Shown here: positions 1 through 9,972 of the stretch, piece by piece
Layout: every line of letters begins with the position of its first letter
How positions within the stretch are numbered: the first letter of the stretch is position 1
Source of the DNA: Acidobacteriota bacterium
GTDB lineage: Bacteria > Acidobacteriota > UBA890 > WLXD01
Length of the DNA: 64,000 nucleotides
Direction of reading: 5' to 3'
Assembly: GCA_965248695.1 (NCBI GenBank)
Contig: CBDFKD010000002.1
Span: 2,400,001 to 2,464,000 of the forward strand
Notes under the pieces: generated by a model
The model's database searches: none
What the model was told of the DNA's origin: nothing
Seen by the model: the letters and a program-made list of their open reading frames with translations, nothing else
Program-made: the position numbers and the translations under genes

Positions 1-7
1 ACGCCGC

Positions 8-112
8 TCATCGCGGTCGCCGCCCGCGCTCCCGGCGCTCGAGCATCAGGGTCAGGATCAGCGGGATCAACGCGATGCCGATCGCCGAGGCCAGGATCCA
101 GTAGACCGTCAT
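8..112 (-). CDS. Small single-pass membrane protein (34 aa, MTVYWILASAIGIALIPLILTLMLERRERGRRPR)
   Basis: Hand translation (below the ORF track cutoff). Hydrophobic stretch followed by an Arg-rich tail, starts 7 nt after the upstream gene, and its TGA overlaps a next ATG (ATGA) running off the window edge. Confidence 0.6.
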   Translation of the reverse strand: MTVYWILASAIGIALIPLILTLMLERRERGRRPR

Positions 113-119
113 TGCAGTC

Positions 120-794
120 TCAGCCGACCACGCGGCGCACCGCTTCGACAGTCGCCTGGTTGCTGGTGATGACGGGAACGCCGAACCGCACCCGCGCCGA
201 TTCGATCGCGTCGAGGGCCTGCCAGTTCGTGCACGAGAGAAAGATGCAATCGGCCTCGACGCCGGTCATCTGCGCATCGACGAACTCTACGATCTCCCCC
301 GGGGAGACCCTGCCGATCTCGCAGTTGTCTCGGATCCCCATGCCCGCGACCTTAGCGAGCTCGTAGCCGTCCGCAGTGACACACTCCGCCACGCTATTCG
401 TCAGGTCGCTTTCGTATGGCGTGAACACGGCCACGTGGCGTCCGCCGACCGACCGCAACTGCCCCAGCACCGACTCGACGACCGTCACGGCACCGCAGCC
501 CGTGGCCTGTTCGATGCTGTGCGCAATGCCGCGATCGTGCTCGATCCCGTCCAGCGCCCCAGCCGAGGTGCAGCCGAAAACGACGACGTCAGGCTCCGTC
601 GTCTTGATTAGTGCGATCGATCGCGGCAACTCCTCCTCGAGCATCCGCTCTTCGGCCGCGCGAGTTACCTCCTGCAAGTAGATCCTCGACGTGCTGATAG
701 CACAGGTCGCGCCGAGGGACCGATGAAGATCAGGCTCCATGACGGTGTTCGAAGAAGGAACGATCAAGCCGACTCTCGGCTGCTCGGAAGGCAT
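120..794 (-). CDS. Asp/Glu racemase / maleate cis-trans isomerase family protein
   Basis: GLIVPSSNTVMEPD N-terminal motif; two catalytic Cys motifs, FGCTS and LSCTN; ITSNQA near the C-terminus. Confidence 0.85.
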   Translation of the reverse strand: MPSEQPRVGLIVPSSNTVMEPDLHRSLGATCAISTSRIYLQEVTRAAEERMLEEELPRSIALIKTTEPDVVVFGCTSAGALDGIEHDRGIAHSIEQATGCGAVTVVESVLGQLRSVGGRHVAVFTPYESDLTNSVAECVTADGYELAKVAGMGIRDNCEIGRVSPGEIVEFVDAQMTGVEADCIFLSCTNWQALDAIESARVRFGVPVITSNQATVEAVRRVVG

Positions 795-870
795 CGTTTA
801 GCTCTCTCGCCGGCGCTCTCGGCGCAACTGTGATCCTCGGTCGACTCCCTTTTGCCACATAGGTAGCTTC

Positions 871-2787
871 CTATCCCAATTCCTGCACTGCTCTCCATGC
901 CTGATCTACTGCAACGTGTACATAGGAACTGGGGGCGGAGTCGATATTGGCAATGGTAATTTGGCCAAAGGGTTGGCGACCCCTTTCTGCCATCTCGAGC
1001 ATTTCGGGGTCATACAGCGCATAGCCATTGTGGGCGTACCCATGCGCCCAACGATTGACCGTAATGCTCTCAACGTCCCTGTCGAACTCGAATGAGCTCT
1101 TTGGCAGCATGCCACTCAGGTGCTCCCTGACTTCGTTTTCGTAGTCCTTGAACTCCAGCGCCAGCATTCTGTGCCGTGCTTCGCGGAATTGTTCGACGGG
1201 AGGTGCGCCAACGGTCTCGCCTACTGGAACACCCGTCATGTAGATGGCGCAGGGGTCGTCCGGCGTTCTGGTGAACTCATAGCCGCCCATGCTTACCGGA
1301 TAGTCCATTCCCACCACTTGGTGCATGTTCCCGGGCGACATGGCCACTCCGATCCCCAACTCTTTCATTGCCCTCCAGTTCCGTAGCCCGACAGTCGTGA
1401 CCTGTATGGGAAGCTTCACGAGACGCTTCAAGGCAGCTGCCTGATCGGCTGGAAGATCGGGGACCAGATAGGGAATCATCATGTTGTAGCAAGCCATTAC
1501 CACAGCTTTGCCTGTTACTTGATAGGACTTGTTGTCATTGATGTAGGTGACGTCTACTTCACTCGAGTTGTCGGGATCGCCGCGATGGACAGCATTGACA
1601 ACCGTACTGTTCAGTCTGATCCGTACCGTGTTGCTGGCTCTGTCTAGCTCGTCATATTGGAATCTCGACAGCACGATGTCGTCAGCGTTGTTCCCGGGTC
1701 CGACACCGGGAATCATCTTCCGTACCAGCAGGCGTGCAATGGATGCATTCCCGTCGGGAAAGTGATGTATGTATGGGTCCCCCTCGTCATATAGATACCC
1801 ATAGGTCTCTATGTAGTTTCTGTACTCCTCTTCCTCCATTACGTCTTCGAGTGACGACGGATCCAGACCCATAGCCCCAGATTCCAGCGCTTCGGATATG
1901 GTCATGACGTCCGCACCCGCTCCGTCGACATCGACAACGGAATGCCTGGCCATCCGTAGGACCCCGGGATCATCGACACCCAGGGTGGTCTGGAGATAAT
2001 CGAAGTAGGAATGGGTGGAGATGTAGTCCTGCAATTCCTCTAGGGCCACCGGCAATACGTGTAGACCACCCTCGAGGACGGTGAGCAATTGCTCCTTGCC
2101 CTTCTCGCTCAAGGGAGCTTGTTGTACCGCCTCTTCATGGACCAGCTCCGGCGGCTTGAGTCCTTGGACAAACGATGGGTAGGGACAAAAGGGGTGCTTC
2201 ACGACTTTGTCTTCGCCAAAGACTCGCTTGTTGAAATAGGTGACGGGCCCCAACGCGTGCTGCTTGAAGAAGTCGAAGTCATAGGCGGTGTTGAATCGAT
2301 CTGGGTCTACGCCTAGGTCGTCTAGCAGTCCTTTCGCGACGTCACTGAATGCATGTGGACTCTGCAAGCTCTCCGATCCACCGCGGATGAGGCTCGTGTT
2401 ACCCCCAACTGTGTGCTCGTTTCTCTTGGCGTGGCCACCGAAGTCATCGTGATTGTCGAGTATCAGTACCCTCTTGTCCCGTCCGTGAACGCGTTGATAG
2501 AAATACGCCGCCGACAGCCCGCTGATCCCGCCGCCTACGACAACCAGGTCGTACTCTTCCTTCAACTGGGTGGTTGCTCCCCAATCGGTCTTACCGTCGA
2601 GCGCTCGGGCGTGGGCGTGGGTGTTGGAGCCCGGGTGGCTGCCCCTCAGTCCTGTCAGCGCTGGCGGGTAGTACTCCGGCTGTAGGCTGGCCAGAACGGT
2701 CTCACCCCTGCCGCCAAATGGAAACATGGATGCTCCGGCTGCCATCAGAGCTCCATTGATAAAGTCCCTTCGCAATATGTTGGTCAT
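871..2787 (-). CDS. spdH: Spermidine dehydrogenase-like FAD oxidoreductase, Tat-exported
   Basis: Start at MTNILRRDFING (Tat motif); YYPPALTGLRGSHPGS; GGGISG FAD motif; LDNHDDFGGHAKRNE; HFPDGNASIAR; TVNRWAHGYA. The ORF extension to 2961 overlaps the cupin gene and is unlikely. Confidence 0.8.
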   Translation of the reverse strand: MTNILRRDFINGALMAAGASMFPFGGRGETVLASLQPEYYPPALTGLRGSHPGSNTHAHARALDGKTDWGATTQLKEEYDLVVVGGGISGLSAAYFYQRVHGRDKRVLILDNHDDFGGHAKRNEHTVGGNTSLIRGGSESLQSPHAFSDVAKGLLDDLGVDPDRFNTAYDFDFFKQHALGPVTYFNKRVFGEDKVVKHPFCPYPSFVQGLKPPELVHEEAVQQAPLSEKGKEQLLTVLEGGLHVLPVALEELQDYISTHSYFDYLQTTLGVDDPGVLRMARHSVVDVDGAGADVMTISEALESGAMGLDPSSLEDVMEEEEYRNYIETYGYLYDEGDPYIHHFPDGNASIARLLVRKMIPGVGPGNNADDIVLSRFQYDELDRASNTVRIRLNSTVVNAVHRGDPDNSSEVDVTYINDNKSYQVTGKAVVMACYNMMIPYLVPDLPADQAAALKRLVKLPIQVTTVGLRNWRAMKELGIGVAMSPGNMHQVVGMDYPVSMGGYEFTRTPDDPCAIYMTGVPVGETVGAPPVEQFREARHRMLALEFKDYENEVREHLSGMLPKSSFEFDRDVESITVNRWAHGYAHNGYALYDPEMLEMAERGRQPFGQITIANIDSAPSSYVHVAVDQAWRAVQELG

Positions 2788-2833
2788 TGGTTTTGTGCCT
2801 TGTCGTAATGCCGGACGGGCGACGCGTGAACCT

Positions 2834-3238
2834 TCACTCCGATGGTGGGTACAGGTTGTAAATGAAAAAGGCGGCCTCGTCTCCCGTGTTCCTGAGCTTG
2901 TAGTGCCCGCCGGGGGCAAGGTAGACCGCGTCGTCGGCGCCAAACTCGATCTCGCCCTCATCGCACAAGAGCGTCAGCTGGCCACGAGTGCAATAGTAAG
3001 TTTCTTCGACGGGTCCCATCCAGTATTCGCCCGGCCGCGCCTCGTCTTCCGGCATGGAGGACCACCAGCAGGTCTCTACGCCGGGGTCCAAGCTGGCCAC
3101 TCCGAGCATGAGCTCCGATCCCTGGCGCCCGCGCGTGATCAGCCGCCGGACGCGCAGTTTCTCAGACGAACCCTCTATGACCCCCCACGGAACTGCGTCG
3201 TAGTGGATCTTGGCGGGCTTCGCTTTCGGCTTGGACAT
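2834..3238 (-). CDS. Cupin-domain protein
   Basis: EETYYCTRGQL...DAVYLAPGGHYKLRN cupin pattern; GGAGG RBS upstream. Confidence 0.7.
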   Translation of the reverse strand: MSKPKAKPAKIHYDAVPWGVIEGSSEKLRVRRLITRGRQGSELMLGVASLDPGVETCWWSSMPEDEARPGEYWMGPVEETYYCTRGQLTLLCDEGEIEFGADDAVYLAPGGHYKLRNTGDEAAFFIYNLYPPSE

Positions 3239-3443
3239 GATCTCTACCTCCTGTTCAAGTTGTTGTCGTCAAGAGCGAGCCGAACGAGCGAACGGGTTGA
3301 GAATCCCGAGCCGGTCACGCAACGGCACGACCCAAGCTCTTGCCAGCACTAATCCGTTGAGTTACGAAGTGGCCCAAAGCCTTGCGGGCAGGTCACTGTC
3401 CGGTGAGCGCAGATGGCGCTCGATCCAAAGAGTTGCATGCCAC

Positions 3444-4955
3444 ATGACTAAAGAGCCTTCGAGTAAGACGGCGTTGTTGACCGCAGCATTGTTGCCGCTG
3501 GGATTGGGGCTGTCCCTTGCGCTCTTCTCCTGTGCGGCGCCGGTCCAAGAAGGCTCCGAGAGCGTGCGCGCGGCCGAAGACGACCCCATGTCCGACGGCG
3601 CACAGAACGTGCGGCTCGTAGGCTACAACGATCTGCAGGGCCGCGAATCACTGCAATTAGTGACCCGCTCGGACCCGGAGAACGGAGATTGGCTTTATGT
3701 CGGTCACCAACCGAATGCACGCGGCGGCGACGAAGAGGGGCTGCTGAATCCCATCACCGGGGAGTCGGAAATCAATGGGACGTCGTTGATCGATATCTCG
3801 GACCCATCCAGCCCAACCACGATGTGGCACATTCCCGGCGTTTCGAAAGCAAATCACCGCTCGGTCTCAGTCGTCTATGACACCACGCACGAAGGAGGGG
3901 GCAAGGACTATCTTGCCCGCAGCCTAGACACGGGTGACGACTACAGGTTCCAGATCTTCGACATCACCGCCAGAAGCTCGGACCCGACGCAGATTACTCT
4001 CGTGGCCGAGATCACCGGTACGCCGCCGGATTCGTGCGGCCCTGGTTGCGGCGGCCCTTTCAAGTATCGAGCGCACAAGGGCTATTGGTCGCAGGATTCG
4101 GGCTACTACTACACATCGTCCGGGGAGCCCGGCTTCCGCAACACTTCGCTCCAGATTTGGGACCTCAGGGACCCGAGCAATCCGAAATTTGAAGGCCGGG
4201 CGTGGCTTCCGGGCATGAAGGAGACGGAAGACGAGGCGCTCTACGAGGGTCAGTACGTGCACCATCCGATCGTCGACGAAGCCAACAACAGGATGTACAT
4301 CGGCTTCCGCGGCTCCGGTTGGATGGGCGCGTGGGACATCTCCGACCGCTCGAACCCAAAGATGATCTGGAGCTACGATACGTCGCCGCCAGGGCGGGGT
4401 CCTCACACCCTTACGCCCGTCGTCTATGACGATCTCACCCAGTACTTCAAGGGCGAGGCACTACCCCGCAACTTCCTGTTCGTCACCGACGAAGCGGGCA
4501 CGGCCGACCTGGCGCCCTGCGAGGATGGCGTACGCCCGAAGTCCTACATGTTCGACGTCACCGTGGAGACCCATCCGATGCCGGTCTCGACGTTTCAGGT
4601 GCCGACCGGTGATTCCTGCAACAAGGGTGGGCGCTTTGGTCCCCACCAGCACGCTGAGCAGCGGAACGGCCGCATCAACCGCCACGAGGACCGACTTGCC
4701 TGGATCGCCTATTTCAACGCTGGCGTCCGTGTCGTCGACCTCTCGGATCCCTACCACTTGACGGAACTGGGTTACTACATTCCCAAAACGAACGAGAGCT
4801 CCCACCCGATGTCCGCGGGGCAAGAAACGGCGATCCAGATCAATGACGTCACGCTCGACCACCGCGGTCTTGCCTACGCGTCGGATCGCGTCGGAACGGG
4901 CATGTTCGTCTTCGAATACACCGGTCCTAAGCCAGGCTCGCAGCCGCAAAGCTAG
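3444..4955 (+). CDS. LVIVD-repeat beta-propeller lipoprotein
   Basis: Lipobox-like LALFSC; repeated I/V-x-D-I/L-S-D-P-x-x-P motifs; GGRFGPHQ and AYFNAGVRVVDLSDP. Confidence 0.75.
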   Translation: MTKEPSSKTALLTAALLPLGLGLSLALFSCAAPVQEGSESVRAAEDDPMSDGAQNVRLVGYNDLQGRESLQLVTRSDPENGDWLYVGHQPNARGGDEEGLLNPITGESEINGTSLIDISDPSSPTTMWHIPGVSKANHRSVSVVYDTTHEGGGKDYLARSLDTGDDYRFQIFDITARSSDPTQITLVAEITGTPPDSCGPGCGGPFKYRAHKGYWSQDSGYYYTSSGEPGFRNTSLQIWDLRDPSNPKFEGRAWLPGMKETEDEALYEGQYVHHPIVDEANNRMYIGFRGSGWMGAWDISDRSNPKMIWSYDTSPPGRGPHTLTPVVYDDLTQYFKGEALPRNFLFVTDEAGTADLAPCEDGVRPKSYMFDVTVETHPMPVSTFQVPTGDSCNKGGRFGPHQHAEQRNGRINRHEDRLAWIAYFNAGVRVVDLSDPYHLTELGYYIPKTNESSHPMSAGQETAIQINDVTLDHRGLAYASDRVGTGMFVFEYTGPKPGSQPQS

Positions 4956-5007
4956 CGGTCTAGACGCCGGACGGTGATGACCGCCTAGCGGCCCAGGTGC
5001 GTTTCCT

Positions 5008-6021
5008 ATGCCAGGTACAACCCCCCACACCGCCGTGATAGTCACCGCCGGACCCGTGTTCGTGGCTGCGCTACTGTGCACCCTCGCGTTCCCCACCTCT
5101 TGTGCTCCAATCGACGCGGGGCGTGGCTGGGAATGCATTGCACCCGCGGCAGCCGGGGGAGGGTGGGACCTGACCTGCAGGGCCGTGGCCCAGGCCGTCA
5201 GAGAGCTGCGGCTCGCGCCTGGGGCGATGCGGGTGACGAACCTTCCCGGGGCCGGAGGCGGAATCGCGTTCGCCCATACGGTGGCGCAGCGCGGTGGAGA
5301 CGAGACCGTACTCGTCGCGGCGTCCCCGGCGACGACGCTTCGATTGGCGCAGGGACAGTTCGCGCACCTCACCGAAGGGGACGTGCGCTGGGTGGGAGCG
5401 ATCGGAACGGACTATGGCGTGGTCGTCGTGGGGCCCGAGGCGCCCTGGCAATCCCTGTCGGAGCTCCTACAACATTGGAGCCGCGACCCATCGAGCGTAG
5501 CGGTGGCGGGAGGGAGCGCCGTGGGTGGACAGGACCACATGAAGATGATGATGCTGGGACGAGCGGGCGGCGTGGACCCCCGGCGGATGCGCTACGTTCC
5601 GTTCGACGGGGGAGGCGAAGCGTTGACGACCCTCCTCGGAGGATTCGTCGAGGTGCTTTCTACGGATGCCTCACAGGTGATTTCGCACGTGGAAGCCGGG
5701 ACGCTGCGGGTGCTCGCCGTCCTCGCTCCGGAGCGAGTCGGCGGAGAGCTTGCCGCGATCCCGACGGCCCGCGAGCAAGGATACGATGTCGAATGGATCA
5801 CCTGGCGCGGTTTCTACGCTCCGATCGACATCCCCGACGCTCGGTACCGGAGTTGGACCGAGACCCTGAGGCGGGTGGAGGGATCCGAAATATGGGCGAG
5901 GGTACGGCGAAACAACGGCCTCGATCCCTTCTTGCTGGTGGGAGAAGACTTTCGAGCGTTCGTCGAGCAGCAGGTGACGGAATTCCGCGACATGTCCCGG
6001 GAGATGGGCCTGGTACGGTGA
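5008..6021 (+). CDS. tctC: Tripartite tricarboxylate transporter substrate-binding protein
   Basis: APAAAGGGWDLTCR, NLPGAGGG, YVPFDGGGEA and WRGFYAP Bug/TctC motifs. Confidence 0.88.
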   Translation: MPGTTPHTAVIVTAGPVFVAALLCTLAFPTSCAPIDAGRGWECIAPAAAGGGWDLTCRAVAQAVRELRLAPGAMRVTNLPGAGGGIAFAHTVAQRGGDETVLVAASPATTLRLAQGQFAHLTEGDVRWVGAIGTDYGVVVVGPEAPWQSLSELLQHWSRDPSSVAVAGGSAVGGQDHMKMMMLGRAGGVDPRRMRYVPFDGGGEALTTLLGGFVEVLSTDASQVISHVEAGTLRVLAVLAPERVGGELAAIPTAREQGYDVEWITWRGFYAPIDIPDARYRSWTETLRRVEGSEIWARVRRNNGLDPFLLVGEDFRAFVEQQVTEFRDMSREMGLVR

Positions 6022-6446
6022 CGGATCGGGTCGCGGGGTCGCTTCTCGTCGCGCTCGGTGCCGCGACCGGTGCCGAGAGCCTCACCTTTACCGTGGCCTT
6101 CCCCACCGACCCGGTGGGCCCCCGGGCACTTCCGCTCCTCTGTGCGATCGTCTTGGTAGTCGGAGGGCTCGCCTTGATCGCGCGGCCCGGCCTCGTGCCC
6201 GCGTGGCCTTCACGCGACAGGTTGATTCGGGCCGCAACCGGAGGCTCGATCTTCGCACTCTACGGCGTCCTGCTCGATCCTCTCGGCTTCGCGATCACCA
6301 CCTCACTGGGCGTGACCGCGCTGGGGATTCTGTTCCGCGGTTCGTTCGCCAAAGCGGTGGTCTCCGGGATTCTGGTGACGGCGGCGCTCTGGTTCCTGTT
6401 CCAGTACATGCTGGGGATTCCGCTTCCCGTCGGCCTGTTTCGTTGA
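6018..6446 (+). CDS. tctB: Tripartite tricarboxylate transporter small membrane subunit
   Basis: GTG start overlapping the tctC stop; four hydrophobic segments; DPVGPRALP and LGIPLPVG motifs. It is the 3' part of ORF 5076..6446. Confidence 0.82.
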   Translation: MTDRVAGSLLVALGAATGAESLTFTVAFPTDPVGPRALPLLCAIVLVVGGLALIARPGLVPAWPSRDRLIRAATGGSIFALYGVLLDPLGFAITTSLGVTALGILFRGSFAKAVVSGILVTAALWFLFQYMLGIPLPVGLFR

Positions 6447-6517
6447 GGAACCTCGAGGCATGACCCGGGAATCGGGCAGGACTACCTCCGCCTTTGTCCC
6501 CGTTTCAGGGATCTGAG

Positions 6518-8017
6518 GTGGAGTCTCTGGCCCACCTCGGGGAGGGGTTTCTGATCGCGCTCCAGCCGATCAATCTGCTCCTCGTCACGGTCGGGGTCGT
6601 GCTCGGCACCGTGGTCGGGATGCTCCCGGGGATCGGGCCGATCAACGCCATTGCCGTTCTCCTGCCGATGGTCTTTGCCGTCGACTTGCCGGCAGAATCC
6701 GGACTCATCCTGCTTGCCGGAATCTATTACGGCTCCATGTACGGGAACTCCATTTCCACGATCCTCCTGAACATCCCGGGAACCGCTTCGTCGGTGGTCA
6801 CTGCCGTGGACGGATACGCCGCCACGCAGCGCGGCAAGGGAGGACCTGCGCTGGCCATGTCGGCGATCGCTTCCTTCGCCGGAGGAACCCTTTCCATCGC
6901 CGGCCTGGTGTTGCTGGCTCCGGTGCTCGCCGGCTGGGCCACCCGGTTCGGACCGGCGGAGTACTTCGCCCTGATGGTCTTCGCTTTGGCGGTGCTGTCG
7001 TCCCTCTCGGGACGGACGGTGCGGAAGGGGATCATCTCGGCGGCGGTCGGGCTCCTGATCGCGTCGGTCGGACTGGATCCGAATTCCGCCGTGCCGCGCT
7101 TCACTTTCGGCCAGCTTCGCCTCTTCGACGGGATCGATTTCGTCGTCGTCACGCTGGGGCTGTTCGCCGTCGGTGAGGTGCTGCGCTTGCTGGCCGCAAC
7201 GGAGCCCGGCTCAGAGGCTCATCGCGCCGTCGGGCGAGTGATGGTATCCGCGAAGGAGCTCGCCGCGTCTGGCTGGACCATCGTGCGGGGGACGCTGACC
7301 GGCTTCTTCACCGGGGTGCTCCCCGGGGCGGGGGGGACGATCGCCACGTTCCTGGCCTACTCGATCGAGCAGCGCATCTCCGATCGCGAAGGCACGTTCG
7401 GGAAGGGTGACTTGCGCGGGGTCGCGGCTCCTGAGTCCGCCAACAACGCCGCGTCCGTGGGGGCGATGATTCCCCTCCTCACGCTGGGAGTGCCCGGCAG
7501 CGGAACGACGGCCGTCCTCCTGGGCGCCCTGCTCGGAATGGGGGTCGTGCCGGGGCCGCTTCTGCTCGATCGCAACCCGGAGGTCTTCTGGGGCGTGGCG
7601 GCGTCGATGGTTCTTGGGAACATCCTGCTCCTGGCACTGAATCTCCCCCTGGTCGGGATCTTCGTGCGAATCCTGTCGATCCCTCGCTGGATCCTTCTCC
7701 CGGGGGTCTCGGCGCTGACGGTCGTCGCGGCCTACGCGGTCAACCGAAGCGTCTTCGACATCGTGCTCATGGCGGGATTCGGCGTCCTCGGGTACGTCAT
7801 GCTGACTGCGGGCTTTCCCCTCGCTCCGGTGATTCTCGGAGTGGTGTTGGGTCCGCTCATGGAGCGCAGCCTGCGTCGATCGCTGGCGCTGTCAGGCGGG
7901 GATTGGGAGATCCTGTTCAGCTCTCCCATCGCGTTGGCCTTCTGGGCCGCCGCGATCGTCGGCGTGGCGGGGCCGGCGCTCGTGGCGCTGTGGAACCGGC
8001 ATCGGGGAAAGGCCTGA
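6518..8017 (+). CDS. tctA: Tripartite tricarboxylate transporter large permease
   Basis: GMLPGIG, IYYGSMYG, LNIPGT, APESANNA and PLLTLGVPGS signature motifs. Confidence 0.92.
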   Translation: MESLAHLGEGFLIALQPINLLLVTVGVVLGTVVGMLPGIGPINAIAVLLPMVFAVDLPAESGLILLAGIYYGSMYGNSISTILLNIPGTASSVVTAVDGYAATQRGKGGPALAMSAIASFAGGTLSIAGLVLLAPVLAGWATRFGPAEYFALMVFALAVLSSLSGRTVRKGIISAAVGLLIASVGLDPNSAVPRFTFGQLRLFDGIDFVVVTLGLFAVGEVLRLLAATEPGSEAHRAVGRVMVSAKELAASGWTIVRGTLTGFFTGVLPGAGGTIATFLAYSIEQRISDREGTFGKGDLRGVAAPESANNAASVGAMIPLLTLGVPGSGTTAVLLGALLGMGVVPGPLLLDRNPEVFWGVAASMVLGNILLLALNLPLVGIFVRILSIPRWILLPGVSALTVVAAYAVNRSVFDIVLMAGFGVLGYVMLTAGFPLAPVILGVVLGPLMERSLRRSLALSGGDWEILFSSPIALAFWAAAIVGVAGPALVALWNRHRGKA

Positions 8018-8045
8018 CCGTCGATCTCGGCACGACAGCGACGCA

Positions 8046-8074
8046 GGATCCCCTCAGCGAGCGGCGGGGGATCC
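8046..8074. terminator. GC-rich hairpin between convergent genes
   Basis: GGATCCCC...GGGGATCC inverted repeat between the tctA and hydrolase stop codons; no clear U tract. Confidence 0.4.
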
Positions 8075-8075
8075 G

Positions 8076-9644
8076 TCACTGCCCCCGGGCTGTGCCGCGC
8101 AGGGTCGGGGCAACGAGCGGCGCGTAGTTCGCGTTGGTCCTGCGGTCGATGCTGATGCGGTCGCCGTGGAATCGGCACACCACGTGATCGACCCACGCGG
8201 TCTCGATGAACTGCCACGTCATCTCGAACGTATGCTCATCCCACCATTGGCCGTGAGCAACGACCCGCATGTCGTCCGATTGGTACTGGTGATGCAGCTT
8301 GTTGCCCGTGATGCCAGTACTGCTTTCGATCCAGTCTCTCAATCCGACACGCACCAGATGCTCACCGCGATGATCGGCCAGCCGGAAATCCGCCCGGCCA
8401 TCGGAGAAATCCAGTTTGACCGTGGATACGTTGTCGTCGTTGGGCTCAATGACGTAGGTCCTGCCGGCAACCTGCGGCACCATCGGCGATGTCGTATAGC
8501 GGGCCAGCGGCAGTAGCCTGAGGTTGTCGAGCCTGTCCTGGAGCTCGTTAGTGGCTGCATCGCTCGGACCGAGGTCTGCATCGCCGAACGCCGCCGGGAA
8601 GTGCTTGAAGATCAGCGACTCCAGTGGCGATCCTCGCGGCACGCCGGCCGTGATCGCGAGCACGGCATCATGTCTCGGGAACACGACGGAGAACTGGCCG
8701 AACGCGCCTTCGGCATAGTACGCGTCAGCAGCTTCATTGACCCACCAGTGGTAGCCGTAGTCCCTGTTCGGCACCTGGGCCCGTGTTGCCTCCTCGACCC
8801 AGCTTTGTGGCAGCAGCTGCTCGCCGTCCCATTGCCCCTTGTCGAGGTGCAGGATTCCGAGCTTCAAGGAATCGGCCGTCATCCAGGTCAGCCCGTTGCC
8901 GCCCGAGCTGATGCCGTTGGGGCTGGCGCCCCAGGTCAGGCCTGAAATGCCGAGCGGTTGGAACACGCGAGGCTCGAGGTAGTCCCGCACGGCCTTACCC
9001 GTCGTCTTCGTGACGATGGCCGACAGCATGAAGCTCAATGCGCTGCTATAGAGGAACTCGTCACCGGGCTCATTCACGACCGGGATCTTGAAGAACTCCA
9101 CCACCCAACTCGTCGTGATCGGCCGGAATACGGATCCGGATACGCTCTCGGCATGCCCGGCCTGCATGGTCAGCAGATCCCGGACGCGCATGGCCGCAAG
9201 CTTGTCGTTCACGACGTCCGGCAGCTCGTCTTCGAAGAACGAGACGACCTTGTCTTCAGGGGAGAAGTGGCCCTCCGCCATCGCCAGGCCGACGCCGCAG
9301 GCTGTCACGCTCTTGGTCAGCGAATGCATGATATGAGGCTGGCAACTCTCGTACGGCCAGCTCCAGCCTTCTGCAACGACCTTCCCATGGCGATAGAGCA
9401 TGAAGCTGTGCAGATCTAGGTCGTTCGCGAACACCTCATCGATGAAGTTGAGCACCACGCGCGAATCCACATTCGCCTCGCCCGGCGAGCCGCGCGTCAG
9501 GCCATCTTCGACTCTCGTCGCACCGAAGTTAATCGATGGCGCAGGCAGCCCGACCGGCAGCAGCGATCCGCCGGCACCCGCCGCCGCGATTGCCTGAACG
9601 AACTGTCGCCGTGACACCCGGTGTTTCGGCTTGGATGCCTTCAA
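8076..9644 (-). CDS. Serine hydrolase, beta-lactamase class C-like family, Tat-exported
   Basis: SRRQF Tat motif; SLTK (SxxK); FLYSS; YGYHWW; GAFGQ. Start codon (TTG 9644) is uncertain. Confidence 0.82.
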   Translation of the reverse strand: MKASKPKHRVSRRQFVQAIAAAGAGGSLLPVGLPAPSINFGATRVEDGLTRGSPGEANVDSRVVLNFIDEVFANDLDLHSFMLYRHGKVVAEGWSWPYESCQPHIMHSLTKSVTACGVGLAMAEGHFSPEDKVVSFFEDELPDVVNDKLAAMRVRDLLTMQAGHAESVSGSVFRPITTSWVVEFFKIPVVNEPGDEFLYSSALSFMLSAIVTKTTGKAVRDYLEPRVFQPLGISGLTWGASPNGISSGGNGLTWMTADSLKLGILHLDKGQWDGEQLLPQSWVEEATRAQVPNRDYGYHWWVNEAADAYYAEGAFGQFSVVFPRHDAVLAITAGVPRGSPLESLIFKHFPAAFGDADLGPSDAATNELQDRLDNLRLLPLARYTTSPMVPQVAGRTYVIEPNDDNVSTVKLDFSDGRADFRLADHRGEHLVRVGLRDWIESSTGITGNKLHHQYQSDDMRVVAHGQWWDEHTFEMTWQFIETAWVDHVVCRFHGDRISIDRRTNANYAPLVAPTLRGTARGQ

Positions 9645-9972
9645 GTTGTCCCCTGTGGCTCGAGCTCGTCGAAATCCTTCGCGATCACTTCCCTGTATAG
9701 CCCGTACACACTCAACCTGACAGCGCATAGGTAGGTGGTCACGAAAAGCGACCTGCTCTTTACCGCCGGCTGGGGCCGACCGGATCCACCTGGTTTACCA
9801 GGATCTCACGTGCATATGATGCGTAGGCTAGGAGTCATGATGTCAGCCGTTGAAGAAGCCATGCCGCGACGCACCACCTTCTTGGTCCTGAGCGTGCTGT
9901 ACCCAACTCACGAGATAGCTGTCAAAGACCGGCGAGACTGCGCTCAACCGTAGGTGCATGGAGGCAACTGCT

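Noticed and set aside
3370-3386. Sigma54 promoter TGGCCCAAAGCCTTGC
   Set aside because: GG-to-GC spacing is 11 nt rather than the required 10.
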